DNA of 64,000 nt from Candidatus Elarobacter sp. (GCA_036402975.1 DASWRW010000042.1:125735-189734); one strand, 5' to 3'. Positions 27,092 to 37,624 are shown, numbered from the stretch's first letter. Notes: generated by a model not told the origin, from the letters alone. Program-made: numbers and translations.

Positions 27092-28278
27092 GCGCGCAAG
27101 CGGTGGCCGACCCGCGCCGGCTCGGTGCGTTCTGGTTCGGCATCCAGGTCGTGTGGACCGCGGTGCTCGGCGTCGTGCTGCAGGACCGCGTGACGGCGCT
27201 CGCGCCGCACGCGGTGAACGCCTACGCGCTCCTCGCCTCGCTGGGCGCGCTGCTGGCGGCGGTCGTGCAGGTCCTGGCCGGATTCGCCTCCGACCGGCTG
27301 CGCGCGCGCATCGGGCACCGGCGCGCGTTCTACGCGTACGGCGTCCTTCTCGCGGCGCCGGCGGTGGTCGCGCTGCCCCTCGTGCCGTCGCTCGCGTGGC
27401 TGTGGCTCGCGGTGATCGTGCTGCAGTTCGGGATGAACGTCGCGGGCGGCCCGTATCAAGGGATCGTCGGCGACTACATCGCCGCCGAGCGCATCGGGCG
27501 CGCGTCGTCGTGGATGAGCGTGCACCAGTTCTGCGGCAGCGTCACCGGCTTGCTGCTGACCACGCTGCTGAAGGGCCTGCCGCTGGGCCTCGCGCTGGCG
27601 GCGTGCCTGATCGCCGGCTGGCTCGTCACCGACGCGCACGTGGCGGCGCTGCCGCGCGCGCGCGAAAGCGCGGCGCCGCTGCGGATCGACGCGAACATGT
27701 GGACCGTGCTGATCTCCCGCGCGCTGATCAACGTCGGGTTCTACACGCTGTTCGGGTTCTTGTTCTTCTTCGTGCGCGAGTCGCTCGGCGTCGCCGACCC
27801 GCGCACGACGACCGGCATCCTGTTCCTGGCGTTCACGATCGCGGGCGTCTTCGGCGCCGCGGTCGCGGGACGACCCGCCGACCGGCTGGACAAACGCGTC
27901 GTCGTCAGCATCGCGTGCGCGGCGATCGCGGTCGCGGTCGGCGCGTTCGCCGCGGCGCCCACGTTCGCGGTCGCGCTGGTGTGCGCGATCGGGTCGGGCG
28001 CGGCGTGGGGTGCGTTCTTCACCGCCGACTGGGCGATCGCGTACGCCGTGCTGCCGCGCGCGGCGCTGGCCTCCGCCATGGGCGTGTGGAACCTCGCCGC
28101 CGCCATCCCGCAGGTCGTCGCGCCCGCGATCACCGCACCGCTGGTCGGGTTCTACGACGCGCGCAGCCCGGGCCTCGGGCCGCGCATCGCGCTGGTCTTG
28201 GTCATCATCGAGTTCGCCGCCGGAACCGCGTGGCTGTGGCGCTTGCGGCTCAGCCGAGCTCCGTCTCGCGCAGAATGA
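27088..28278 (+). CDS. MFS transporter
   Basis: About 12 hydrophobic segments; G.ASDR...GHRR and GRPADRLDKR loops; GTGA overlap. Confidence 0.88.
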   Translation: MSAQAVADPRRLGAFWFGIQVVWTAVLGVVLQDRVTALAPHAVNAYALLASLGALLAAVVQVLAGFASDRLRARIGHRRAFYAYGVLLAAPAVVALPLVPSLAWLWLAVIVLQFGMNVAGGPYQGIVGDYIAAERIGRASSWMSVHQFCGSVTGLLLTTLLKGLPLGLALAACLIAGWLVTDAHVAALPRARESAAPLRIDANMWTVLISRALINVGFYTLFGFLFFFVRESLGVADPRTTTGILFLAFTIAGVFGAAVAGRPADRLDKRVVVSIACAAIAVAVGAFAAAPTFAVALVCAIGSGAAWGAFFTADWAIAYAVLPRAALASAMGVWNLAAAIPQVVAPAITAPLVGFYDARSPGLGPRIALVLVIIEFAAGTAWLWRLRLSRAPSRAE

Positions 28279-28675
28279 TGCGCGTGTGCGTCTCGGCGGC
28301 TCCCCCGGCGCGCAGGCGCTCAACGAGCTGAACGAGCGCCGCTTGGTCGCGCACGCCGACGCGCAGCGTGTAGTCGAAGCTGCCGCTGGTGAGCACCGCG
28401 GACGCGACGCCGTGCACCGTGCGCAGCGCCGCTTCGAACCCGTCGGCGGTCACGCCGGGCGCCAAGCGCAGATCGACGAACGCGCTGAGCCGCGTCCCCG
28501 CGGCGTCCGGGTCGATCTCGGTGCGGAACCGTTTGATCGTCCCCGAGCCGACCAGCCGGCGCACGCGCTCGGCCACCGCGTTCGCGCTCAGCCCGACCGC
28601 TTCGCCCAGGTCGCGAAAGCTGATCCGGGCGTCGTCGCGGAGCCGGGCGAGGATAGCGCGGTCGATTCCGTCCAT
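28250..28675 (-). CDS. Lrp/AsnC family transcriptional regulator
   Basis: DRAIL..L..DARISF..LG..VGLS..AV..RVRRL HTH; SGSFDY RAM domain. Confidence 0.92.
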   Translation of the reverse strand: MDGIDRAILARLRDDARISFRDLGEAVGLSANAVAERVRRLVGSGTIKRFRTEIDPDAAGTRLSAFVDLRLAPGVTADGFEAALRTVHGVASAVLTSGSFDYTLRVGVRDQAALVQLVERLRAGGAAETHTRIILRETELG

Positions 28676-28758
28676 GACCGAAGAAAACGCCGTAACGGAA
28701 CTCTTGTCCTTTTAAGATCAGTGTGATCGGTGGCAGAAACCGCGCTATACTCCGGTTC

Positions 28759-30108
28759 ATGATTCGCTCGACGGCCTTGATCCTCGCCATCGCCACCGCG
28801 CTGGCCGCCTCGACGGGCCTCGCGGCGGGCGCCGCACACCCGCTCCAGCGCCCCGGCACGACGCTTGCGGCGACCGTGTCGGCGCAGGACGTGCGCGGCG
28901 TCGTCGACGAGATCGCGGGCCTGGTCGCGAAGGCCTACGCGCTCCCCGAACGGCGCGCCGGGATCGTGAAGCGGCTGCGCGACGCGCAGGCGGCGAAGCG
29001 CTACGACACCGCCGACGCGGCGGTGCTGGCCGCACGGATCACCGAAGATTTGTTCGCCGCGAGCAACGACCGTCACATGTACGTGAACTACGACCCGCCG
29101 GCGTTCGCGGGCTTGCGCGCCGCCCACGCCACGCACGCCGACAACGCGTACGCGGACGCCGTCGCGCGCAAGCACAATCAAGGCTACGAAGAACTCCGCA
29201 TCTTGAGCGGCAACGTCCGCTACGCGCACATCTCCGGGTTCTACTGGACCGACGACGCCACCGCGCGCGTGATCGACGAGGCCGCGCGCTTCCTCGAGGG
29301 CGGCGACGCGGTCATCGTCGACCTGCGCGGCAACGGCGGCGGCGACGGCGACGCCGTGCACCGGCTGATCGCCTATTTCATGAAGAGTGAAGGGCAGCTC
29401 TTGATGAGCTATCACGACGGGCTGAGCGGAACCACGGTCGAGGCGCGCATGCCGAACGACCTCGCCGGTCCGCGCATGATCGGAAAGCCGCTCTACGTGC
29501 TGATCGACCGCGGCACGGGCTCGGCCGCCGAAGAGTTCGCGTACCACGTCGCGCAGTTCAAGCTCGGCACGCTGATCGGCCACACGACCGCGGGCGCGGG
29601 AAACAACAACACGCTCTATCCCGTCGCGCCGGGCTTCGTGGCCAGCGTCTCGACCGGCATCGTGACGCATCCCGTGAGCAAGACGAACTGGGAAGGCAAA
29701 GGCGTGCCGCCCGACATCGACATCGCCCCGGCCGCCGCGCTCGACGAGGCGCACGTTCGCGCGCTGCGCGGCCTCGCCGGGCGCGCGTCCGGGGAACAGC
29801 GCAGCGCCTACGAGTGGGACGTGACGGCGCTCGAAGCGCGGCTGAAACCGATCGCGCTCGGCGACGAAGCGCTGGCGGCGTACGCCGGGCGGTACGGCAT
29901 CCGGACCATCCGCGTGGAGAACCACGCGCTCGTGTTCCAGCGCGACGGGCGCGAGCCGAGCGCGCTACGCCCGCTCGCCGCCGACCTCTTCACGTTCGAG
30001 AACAACGACGGCCTGCGGCTGCGGTTCCGGCGCTCGGGCGGCCGCGTCACCGGCTTCGACCTCATCACGCAAGACGGCCAAACCGTCCCGAGCGACCGCA
30101 CGCAATAA
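28759..30108 (+). CDS. S41 family peptidase, secreted
   Basis: Signal peptide, DLRGNGGG, TGSAAEEFAY, WEGKGVPPD. TATACT 7 nt before ATG suggests a leaderless transcript. Confidence 0.9.
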   Translation: MIRSTALILAIATALAASTGLAAGAAHPLQRPGTTLAATVSAQDVRGVVDEIAGLVAKAYALPERRAGIVKRLRDAQAAKRYDTADAAVLAARITEDLFAASNDRHMYVNYDPPAFAGLRAAHATHADNAYADAVARKHNQGYEELRILSGNVRYAHISGFYWTDDATARVIDEAARFLEGGDAVIVDLRGNGGGDGDAVHRLIAYFMKSEGQLLMSYHDGLSGTTVEARMPNDLAGPRMIGKPLYVLIDRGTGSAAEEFAYHVAQFKLGTLIGHTTAGAGNNNTLYPVAPGFVASVSTGIVTHPVSKTNWEGKGVPPDIDIAPAAALDEAHVRALRGLAGRASGEQRSAYEWDVTALEARLKPIALGDEALAAYAGRYGIRTIRVENHALVFQRDGREPSALRPLAADLFTFENNDGLRLRFRRSGGRVTGFDLITQDGQTVPSDRTQ

Positions 30109-30120
30109 CCGCGCGAGCGA

Positions 30121-30777
30121 TCACGGCGACAGCCGTGAAAGCCCCCAGCCGTCGCGGCCGCGCTCGTACGCGACGCGGTCGTGGACGCGGTTGGGACGGC
30201 CCTGCCAGAACTCGAACCGGTCCGGAACGACCCGGTAACCGCCCCAGAACGGCGGGCGCGGCACCTCGCCGGGAAAGCGCAGCTCTGCGTCGGCCATCGC
30301 GCGCTGCAGCGTCTCGCGGTCGGGGACGACGGCGCTCTGGTGCGACGCCCACGCGCTGAGCCGGTGCCCGCGCGGCCGGCTGGCGAAATACGCGTCGCTC
30401 TCGACGTCGAGCACGCGCTCGGCGGTACCCTCGATGCGGATCTGGCGCTCGAGCGCGCCCCACCAGAACAGCAGCGCCGCATACGGATGCACCGTCAGCT
30501 CCGCGCCCTTGCGGCTCTCGTAGTTGGTGTAGAAGACGAGCCCGCGCGAGTCCCACTGCCGCAGCAGCACGACGCGCGCCGACGGCCGCCCGTTCGCGCC
30601 GACCGTCGACACGGTCATCGCGTTCGGCTCGACGATCGCGTCGCTGCGCAGCGCGTCGTCGAGCCACCGGCGAAACTGCTCGAACGGGTCCCGCGCGACG
30701 ACGTCGGCGGTCAGCTCGCCGCGCTCGTACGTCAGCCGCCGGCTCCGGATCTCCTCGCTCACGTCGTAGTCGGACAA
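30121..30777 (-). CDS. pdxH: Pyridoxamine 5'-phosphate oxidase
   Basis: EPNAM, PSARVVLL, FYTNYESRKG, RQIRIEG, YFASRP, WGGY, EFWQGR..R.HDR; AGGAG SD before TTG. Confidence 0.96.
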   Translation of the reverse strand: MSDYDVSEEIRSRRLTYERGELTADVVARDPFEQFRRWLDDALRSDAIVEPNAMTVSTVGANGRPSARVVLLRQWDSRGLVFYTNYESRKGAELTVHPYAALLFWWGALERQIRIEGTAERVLDVESDAYFASRPRGHRLSAWASHQSAVVPDRETLQRAMADAELRFPGEVPRPPFWGGYRVVPDRFEFWQGRPNRVHDRVAYERGRDGWGLSRLSP

Positions 30778-30787
30778 ATGCGATCTC

Positions 30788-31711
30788 CTACGGAAAGCGC
30801 CCGGCCAGCAGGCTGCCGGCGGTTGCGAGGACGAGGATCACGCCGCCGGCGAGCGCGATCGGCAGCGACGCGTCTATGCGCTTCTTCTCGCTGGTCGTGC
30901 TGTTGGCCAGCGAGGCGAGGTGCGCGCGCAGCGTTCCGGCGTCGTTCGCGCGGGCGTAGGCGCCGCGCGCCGAGGACGCGATCTGGCGCAGCGCGTCCTC
31001 GTCGATCGTCGCGGCCTGATCCGTTCCGGGGACGAGCTGACCGCTGTCGTTCGTGCCGATGCCGACCGTGTCGATCTCGATGCCGTTCGCGCCGAGCTGC
31101 TGCGCGACGGCGAGCGGGTCGACGCCGAGGTTGTTCACGCCGTCGGTGATCAAGACGACGGCACGTTTGCCGGAGGCGGGGAGCTGGCGCGCCGCCGTCG
31201 CGAGCGCGTCGCCGATCGCGGTCCCGCCGTTCGGCGGCGGAAGGCGGCCGATCGCGTCGCGCAACGCGTCCTTGTCGTCCGTCAGCGGCTGCACGACGCC
31301 GGCGCCGCTGGAGAACGCGACCAGCGCGAGCCGGGTCCCGTCCGGGACGCCGTCGGCGAACGCGCGCACCGCGGCCGCCGCGGCCGCCGCTCGGGTCGGG
31401 TCGACGTCGGTCGCACGCATTGAACCGGACGTGTCGACGCACAGCACGATCGCGCCGCCGCGCACCGGGACGCTCGCGACGAAGCGCGGACCGGCTAGCG
31501 CCGCGCCCAGCGTGACCAGGGCGAACGCGCACGCGAGCGCGACGACCAGCGCCGGATCGAGGCGCTGCTTCGTCGCCGCCGCGAAGAACGCCAGATCGCT
31601 GTAGGCGAGCGCCGACGCGGCCGCGCGCCGCGACGCGCGGTGCGCGGCCCACAGGAACACCGCCGCGACCGCGAGCCCGGCGAGCAGCCACAGCGGGTGC
31701 GCGAAGCTCAT
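30788..31711 (-). CDS. VWA domain membrane protein (BatA-like)
   Basis: N-terminal TM, MIDAS DTSGS, GTAIGDAL, LITDG, C-terminal TM. Confidence 0.9.
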   Translation of the reverse strand: MSFAHPLWLLAGLAVAAVFLWAAHRASRRAAASALAYSDLAFFAAATKQRLDPALVVALACAFALVTLGAALAGPRFVASVPVRGGAIVLCVDTSGSMRATDVDPTRAAAAAAAVRAFADGVPDGTRLALVAFSSGAGVVQPLTDDKDALRDAIGRLPPPNGGTAIGDALATAARQLPASGKRAVVLITDGVNNLGVDPLAVAQQLGANGIEIDTVGIGTNDSGQLVPGTDQAATIDEDALRQIASSARGAYARANDAGTLRAHLASLANSTTSEKKRIDASLPIALAGGVILVLATAGSLLAGRFP

Positions 31712-32496
31712 GCGAAAAGCCCGAACGCCTGCAACAGCGACGCGCGGCCGTCGCGTTCCTCGAGCGACCCGACGCGCCAGCCGGCGTCGCGGAAGCGCGC
31801 GCACAGCGCGGCTTCGCGCGCCAGCGCCGCGCCGCGGTAGCGCGTCCGCGCGCGCTCGCCGACGAAAAACCGCCGGCTGCGGCCGGTCTCGGCGTCGCGC
31901 AAGCGCACGACGCCGCGCAGCGGCAAGTCGTCGCGCCACGGATCGCGCGCCAGCAGCACGGTCGCGTCGAAGCGCAACGCGGCGCGCTTGAGCAGGTCGT
32001 CTTCCGGCAGGTCGAAGCCGTCGGCGACCGCGAGCAGCGAGGCGCCGCGCGGCAGCGCGCGCAGCGCGACCGCGAGCGCCGGCGCGAAGCGAAACGGCGA
32101 CTCGGCGCGCACCAGCGGCGCCGCGCGGCGGTCGCGCACGACGCGCTCGTCGACGATGCGCGCGGCGCGGTCCTCGCCCTCCATCGCGCCGAACCACACG
32201 CGCAGCGCCTCCTCGGCCGCCGCCGAGAGCGGCCGCTTGCGGCCGACCTGCATCGAGCCCGACTCGTCGACGATCGCGGCCAGCACCAGCGCCGTCTCTT
32301 CGAGGTAGACGCGCGTCTGCAGCGACCCGGCGCGCGCGGTCGCCGCCGCGTCGATGCGCCGCGGGTCATCGCCTTCGACGTACGCGCGCAACTGCGAGAA
32401 GACGAACCCGTCACCCGGCCGCGCTCCGGTTCGCGCGCTGCCGCGGCGCGGCGCCGCGCGCGAGCCGCGCAGGATCGCGGCGCGCAGGGCGTTCAC
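31708..32496 (-). CDS. DUF58 domain protein
   Basis: G..F..LR.Y..GDD.RRID..ATAR and DESGSM. Confidence 0.9.
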   Translation of the reverse strand: MNALRAAILRGSRAAPRRGSARTGARPGDGFVFSQLRAYVEGDDPRRIDAAATARAGSLQTRVYLEETALVLAAIVDESGSMQVGRKRPLSAAAEEALRVWFGAMEGEDRAARIVDERVVRDRRAAPLVRAESPFRFAPALAVALRALPRGASLLAVADGFDLPEDDLLKRAALRFDATVLLARDPWRDDLPLRGVVRLRDAETGRSRRFFVGERARTRYRGAALAREAALCARFRDAGWRVGSLEERDGRASLLQAFGLFA

Positions 32497-33446
32497 GGGG
32501 CGGCGACCGAGGCGACGACCCGGCGCACGAGGTCCTCGGGATCGCCGCCGGCGACCGCGATGCGGTCGTCGTACGAGATGCGGTGGCGCAGCACCGCCGG
32601 CGCCAGATCGCGCACGTCGTCCGGCGTCGCGAAGCCGCGGTGCTCGAGGTAGGCGCGCGCTCGCGCGAGCTGGACGAGCGCGAGCGCGGCGCGCGGGCTG
32701 GCGCCGTGCGCGACCAGCTCGGCACCGCGCGTCGCGCGCACCAGATCGACGGCGTAGTCGCGCACTTTGGCGTCGACGAAGACGTCGTGCGCTTCGCGCT
32801 GCCAGCGCGCCACGTCCGCCAGCGAGGCGACGTTCGCGCGCAGCGGCGGCTCGCCGCCGCCGAAGCGGTCGACGATCGCGCGCTCCTCGTCGCGCGACGG
32901 ATAGGGCACGACGACCTTGGCCAGAAACCGGTCGAGCTGCGCCAGCGGCAGCGGGTAGGTGCCGTCGGAGTCGAACGGGTTCATCGTCGCCAGCACGACG
33001 AAGGGCGCCGGCAGGTCGTGCGTCTGCGGACCGATCGTCGCGCGCCGCTCCTGCATCCCTTCGAGCAGCGCCGACTGCACCTTCGCCGGCGCGCGGTTGA
33101 TCTCGTCGGCCAGCACAACGTTCGCGAACAGCGGGCCGAGCACGGTGGCGAACTCGCCGGTCTTCTGGTCGAAGACGCGCGTGCCGACGATGTCGGACGG
33201 CAGCAGGTCGGGCGTGAACTGCACGCGCCGGAACGTTCCCGCGACCGCCGCCGCGAGCGCGCGGCAGGCCAGCGTCTTGGCGACGCCGGGCGCGCCCTCG
33301 AGCAGCACGTGGCCGCCGGCGACCAGCGCCAACACGAGCGCTTCGACGACGTCGTCCTGGCCGACGATCGTCGCGTGCAGCGCGTCGAGGACGTCGCGCG
33401 GGCGCGCTCCTTCGGGCTGGCCGGCGGCGGCGAACGGGGTCGTCAT
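32493..33446 (-). CDS. moxR: MoxR family AAA+ ATPase
   Basis: IVGQ, HVLLEGAPGVAKT, QFTPDLLPSD, LADEINRA, GTYPLP, GASPRA. Confidence 0.94.
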   Translation of the reverse strand: MTTPFAAAGQPEGARPRDVLDALHATIVGQDDVVEALVLALVAGGHVLLEGAPGVAKTLACRALAAAVAGTFRRVQFTPDLLPSDIVGTRVFDQKTGEFATVLGPLFANVVLADEINRAPAKVQSALLEGMQERRATIGPQTHDLPAPFVVLATMNPFDSDGTYPLPLAQLDRFLAKVVVPYPSRDEERAIVDRFGGGEPPLRANVASLADVARWQREAHDVFVDAKVRDYAVDLVRATRGAELVAHGASPRAALALVQLARARAYLEHRGFATPDDVRDLAPAVLRHRISYDDRIAVAGGDPEDLVRRVVASVAAP

Positions 33447-34327
33447 CGAAGCCAGCTCTCGGTCGAGTCGATCAGCTCCAGCGACGCCGCGCCGCGCGCG
33501 AAGTCGGGGCCGAACGCCGCGCGCTCCGCGGCGATCAGCGCGGTGCGCAAGCCGTGATCCGGGGTCGCTGCGAGCGCGTCGCGAAGCGTCGCTCCGGCGC
33601 GCGCGCCGGCCGCTGCGAACAGCGCGTTGCGCAGCGCCATCAGCGAGCCGTTCGCCGGCGACGTCCGGTACGCGCGAAGCGCGTCGGCCACGACGTCGCG
33701 CGGCGTGCGCGACGGCGGCGGCGCGGCGACCGCGACCGGCGCCGCCGGTGCCGCGGGCGGCTGCCGGCGGCGGCGCGTCCGCACCAGCGCGATCGCGACG
33801 GCGACGGAGGCGAGCACCGCGGCGAGCGCGACGGCGGTGCCGATCAGCAGGCTCCGCAACGCGCTCCACGCGTTCCCGTAGAACGCGCCCGGGCTCTCGA
33901 CGACGACGCGCACGGGGTTCGCCGAGAAGCGCGTCGGCTTGCCGCTGCGCGCGTCGAGGACGTCCAGGTAGGCGCCCGCGAACGTGAACGTTCCGGACTG
34001 CACCGGCTCCAGGGTGAGCGTCTCGACGACGTCCGTTCCGCCCGCAGCGCTGGTCACGCTGCGCTCGTCGCCCAGCAACTGCATCGTGCCGACGTCGGGG
34101 ACGATCAGCTCGTCGAGCGCGCCGACCCGCTCGCGGACGCGCGCGTGGATCGCCAGGTGGAACACCTCACCGACGTTCACCCGCGTGCGGTCGGCGCGCA
34201 TCCCGAGCGCGTCGATGTGGAGCTTGCGCAGCGCGAGCGCCGGCACGGGCGGCGACGCGGCCAGCGCGAGCGCGATCGCCGCGAGCGCCCACGCCGCCGG
34301 TGCTAGACCTCGACGCGGTCGAGCCAT
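33443..34327 (-). CDS. BatD-like exported/membrane protein of the MoxR module
   Basis: Signal-like N-terminus, Ig-like beta segment (V.VGE.F.L...LEP...G.FTF) and a TM helix; adjacent to moxR. Start uncertain. Confidence 0.6.
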   Translation of the reverse strand: MARPRRGLAPAAWALAAIALALAASPPVPALALRKLHIDALGMRADRTRVNVGEVFHLAIHARVRERVGALDELIVPDVGTMQLLGDERSVTSAAGGTDVVETLTLEPVQSGTFTFAGAYLDVLDARSGKPTRFSANPVRVVVESPGAFYGNAWSALRSLLIGTAVALAAVLASVAVAIALVRTRRRRQPPAAPAAPVAVAAPPPSRTPRDVVADALRAYRTSPANGSLMALRNALFAAAGARAGATLRDALAATPDHGLRTALIAAERAAFGPDFARGAASLELIDSTESWLR

Positions 34328-35421
34328 CGCGCGAAGAGGCTCCGCGCGTCGAACGGGCCGGGAGACGCCTCGGGGTGGAACTGCACCGCCTCGACCGGCA
34401 GCGTGCGGTGGCGGAAGCCTTCGTTCGTGCCGTCGTTGAGGTTGATCATCGTCGCCTCGAGCTCGGCCGGCAGCGAGCCGCCGTCGACGGCGTACCCGTG
34501 GTTGTGCGCGGTCACGAGCACCTCGTCGTGCACGACGTCCTTCACCGGCTGGTTGCCGCCGCGGTGCCCGTACTTCAGCTTGTACGTCGTGGCGCCGCAT
34601 GCGAGCGCGAGGAGCTGGTGGCCGAGACACACGCCGAAGACCGGTTTCTCGCCGATCAGCGAGCGCAGCGTCTCGACCGTCCCCGGCAGGTCTTGCGGGT
34701 CGCCGGGTCCCGGCGAGACGACGATGGCGTCCGGCTCCCGCGCCAGGATCTCCTCACGCGAGGCGCCGTACGGCATCACGGTGACGCGCGCGTCGAGCGC
34801 GGTCAGATCGCGGATGATGTTCTTCTTCACGCCGCAGTCGAGCAGCACGACGTGCTTGCGCCCGTTGCCGACGGTCTCGCCGGGCGCGTACGCGTCGGCG
34901 ACCGTCGCGACCAGTCCCTGCGTCGTCGCCTCGCGCACGTACTTCGCCAGCACCGTCTCGATCCGCGCGATCGCCTCGTCGCCGACGGCCAGCGCCGCCG
35001 CGATGACGCCGTGCTCGCGCAGCGCGATCGTCAGCGCGCGCGTGTCGATCCCCACGATCGTGCGCACGCCCTGCTCGTCGAGCCACGAGCGCAGGTCTTG
35101 CTTCGACGCGTAGTGCGACGGGTGCTCGGCGAGGTGCTTGAGCGCGACGCCCGCGACGCACGCATGCGGGTGCTGCGACACCACCCCGCTGATCCCGTAG
35201 TTGCCGATCAGCGGATAGGTGAAGGCGAGGATCTGCCCGGCGTACGACGGGTCGGTGATCGCCTCTTCGTAGCCGGTCATCCCGGTGTAGAACACCGCCT
35301 CGCCGAGCGCGACGCCGCTCGCGGCGAGGCCCTCGCCGTCGAAGCGCGTTCCGTCGGCGAGCAGCAGCGTCGCGCGGTTCGGCGCGCCTGGGCTCGGCTT
35401 GTCGTTCACACCCGTGGTCAC
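34303..35421 (-). CDS. carA: Carbamoyl-phosphate synthase small subunit
   Basis: GMTGYEE..TDPSY, PLIGNYG, SPGPGDP, GVCLGHQ, QFHPEASPGP. Confidence 0.97.
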   Translation of the reverse strand: MTTGVNDKPSPGAPNRATLLLADGTRFDGEGLAASGVALGEAVFYTGMTGYEEAITDPSYAGQILAFTYPLIGNYGISGVVSQHPHACVAGVALKHLAEHPSHYASKQDLRSWLDEQGVRTIVGIDTRALTIALREHGVIAAALAVGDEAIARIETVLAKYVREATTQGLVATVADAYAPGETVGNGRKHVVLLDCGVKKNIIRDLTALDARVTVMPYGASREEILAREPDAIVVSPGPGDPQDLPGTVETLRSLIGEKPVFGVCLGHQLLALACGATTYKLKYGHRGGNQPVKDVVHDEVLVTAHNHGYAVDGGSLPAELEATMINLNDGTNEGFRHRTLPVEAVQFHPEASPGPFDARSLFARWLDRVEV

Positions 35422-36713
35422 GCGATCACTTCCTCACGCGGTAAGACGAGGCCGTGCTCGAAGACGACGGCCCCTTCGACGACCGTCGCGACGGGCCGGC
35501 GCGGCAGCACCATCCCGTCGAACGGCGTGTTCTTCCCCTTCGAACGGAACAGCCGCGCGTCGACGGCCCACGGCCGGTCGGCGAAGACCGTCACGTCGCC
35601 CGGGCTGCCGACGCCGAGCGTCCCGCCCGGCACGCCGAGGATGCGCGCGGGGTTCACCGAGAGCAGCGCCACGAAGCGCGCGAGCGGCAGCTCGGGCAGC
35701 GCGTGGGCGTACGCGCCGAGCGCGATCTCGAGGCCGCTGAAGCCGACCGGCGCGGCCGAAAGGAGCTGCGCCTTCTCGTCGAGCCCGTGCGGCGCGTGAT
35801 CGGTCGCGAACGCGTCGACCGTGCCGTCGAGCACGGCGGCGCAGAGCGCCGTGCGGTCGCGCTCGCTGCGCAGCGGCGGGTTCACCTTCGAGTCGGCGCG
35901 GTAGTCGTCGAAGCGGTCGTCGACGAACGCCAGATGGTGCGGCGTCACCTCGCAGGTGACGCGCACGCCGCGCGCGCGCGCCCAGCGGATCAGGTCGAGC
36001 GCGTTCGCGGTCGAGACGTGCGCGATGTGCCAGGCCTTGCCGGTGTCGCCGGCGATCAGCAGGTCGCGCGCGACGATGACGTCCTCGGCCAGGCTCGGGG
36101 CGCCGTCGAGCCCGAGCCGCATCGACGCCGGCCCTTCGTTCATCACGGCGTCGCCTTTGAGATCGGGATCTTCGCAGTGCGAGATGAACGGCGCCGGCAG
36201 ATCGGCCGCGTAGCGCGCGGCGTTGCGCAGCACGCGCGCGTCGCGCGGCGTGGAGCCGTCGTCGCTGAACGCGACGCAGCCGGCGTCGGCGAGCAGATGA
36301 TACGGCGCCAGCTCCTTGCCCGCCCGGCCGCGCGTGATCGCGCCGACGGGGTAGACGCGCGCCAGCCCCGCCGCCTCGGCACGCCGCACGACCTCGCTGA
36401 CGATCGCCGCGGAGTCGAGCGCCGGCTCGGTGTTCGGCATGCACGCGACCGCGGTGAAGCCGCCCGCGACCGCGGCCGCGGTGCCGGTCGCGATCGACTC
36501 CTTGTGCGTCTGCCCGGGCTCGCGCAGGTGGACGTGCATGTCGATGAAGCCCGGCGCGACGATCGCGTTCGACGCGTCGACCACGCGCGCGCCGTCCGGT
36601 TCGAGATGCTCGCCGATCGCCGCGACGAACCCGTTCTCGATCAGCACGTCGCGGTTCGCGTCGATGCCTTGCGCGGGATCGACGAGGCGCCCGCCCCGGA
36701 TGAGCGTCTTCAC
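35418..36713 (-). CDS. pyrC: Dihydroorotase
   Basis: PGFIDMHVHLREPG, MPNT, FSDDG, HCED, EVTPHHL, KVNPPLR, ATDHAPH. Confidence 0.96.
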   Translation of the reverse strand: MKTLIRGGRLVDPAQGIDANRDVLIENGFVAAIGEHLEPDGARVVDASNAIVAPGFIDMHVHLREPGQTHKESIATGTAAAVAGGFTAVACMPNTEPALDSAAIVSEVVRRAEAAGLARVYPVGAITRGRAGKELAPYHLLADAGCVAFSDDGSTPRDARVLRNAARYAADLPAPFISHCEDPDLKGDAVMNEGPASMRLGLDGAPSLAEDVIVARDLLIAGDTGKAWHIAHVSTANALDLIRWARARGVRVTCEVTPHHLAFVDDRFDDYRADSKVNPPLRSERDRTALCAAVLDGTVDAFATDHAPHGLDEKAQLLSAAPVGFSGLEIALGAYAHALPELPLARFVALLSVNPARILGVPGGTLGVGSPGDVTVFADRPWAVDARLFRSKGKNTPFDGMVLPRRPVATVVEGAVVFEHGLVLPREEVIA

Positions 36714-37624
36714 GCCGCGACCGGCACGCCGTTGACGAGCTGGTCGAGGACGGCCATGCGGACGAACACGCCGTTGTGCACTTGCGCGACGTAGCGCGAG
36801 CGCGGGTCCTCGAGAACGTCGTCGGTGAGCTCGACGCCGCGGTTGTACGGCCCCGGATGGAGGATCACGGCGTCGCCGCGCAGCGCGCGCAGCCGTCCGC
36901 GGTTGAGCTGGTAGCGCTGCGTGTAGTCGTCGAGCGACGGCAGCAGCCCGCCTTCGATCCGCTCGCGCTGGATGCGCAGCATCATCACCGCCTCGACGCG
37001 CGGCAGCACGGCGTCGAGATCGCGCTCGACCCGCACGCCCGGCGCGGTGAAGTGCGCCGGGAGCAGCGTCGCCGGGCCGACCAGCGTCACGTCGATGCCG
37101 AGCGCGCGCATCCCGACGATGTTGGAGCGCGCGACGCGTGAGTGCAGGATGTCCCCGACGATGGCGACGCGCAGCCCGTCGAAGCGCCGGAACTCCTGGC
37201 GCAGCGTCATCAGATCGAGCAGCGCTTGGGTGGGATGCGCGTGCGTTCCGTCGCCGGCGTTGACGACGTGGCCGTCGAACGCGTCGGCGAGCCGCCGCGC
37301 GAAGCCGGACTCGTGGTGGCGCACGACGATCACGCGCACGCCGATCCCGCTCAGCGTCAGCGCGGTGTCGGCGATCGTCTCGCCCTTGCCGAGGCTCGAC
37401 GCGCCCGGCGCGAAGCTGATGACGTCGGCGCCGACGCGCTGTTCGGCCAGGGTGAACGACGTCGCGGTTCGCGTCGACGCTTCGAAGAACAGGTTCAGCA
37501 CCGGGACGCCGGCGAGCAGGTCGCGCGGCGGCAGGTGATCGCGAAACGCGACGGCGCGGTCGAGGACGGAAACGAGCTCGTCGGGGGTGAGGTCGTCGAC
37601 GTCGAGGAGGCTACGCGGCGCCAC
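36710..37624 (-). CDS. pyrB: Aspartate carbamoyltransferase catalytic subunit
   Basis: FFEASTRT, NAGDG..HPTQALLD, HSRVARS, RIQRER, HPGP.NRG. Confidence 0.97.
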   Translation of the reverse strand: MAPRSLLDVDDLTPDELVSVLDRAVAFRDHLPPRDLLAGVPVLNLFFEASTRTATSFTLAEQRVGADVISFAPGASSLGKGETIADTALTLSGIGVRVIVVRHHESGFARRLADAFDGHVVNAGDGTHAHPTQALLDLMTLRQEFRRFDGLRVAIVGDILHSRVARSNIVGMRALGIDVTLVGPATLLPAHFTAPGVRVERDLDAVLPRVEAVMMLRIQRERIEGGLLPSLDDYTQRYQLNRGRLRALRGDAVILHPGPYNRGVELTDDVLEDPRSRYVAQVHNGVFVRMAVLDQLVNGVPVAA

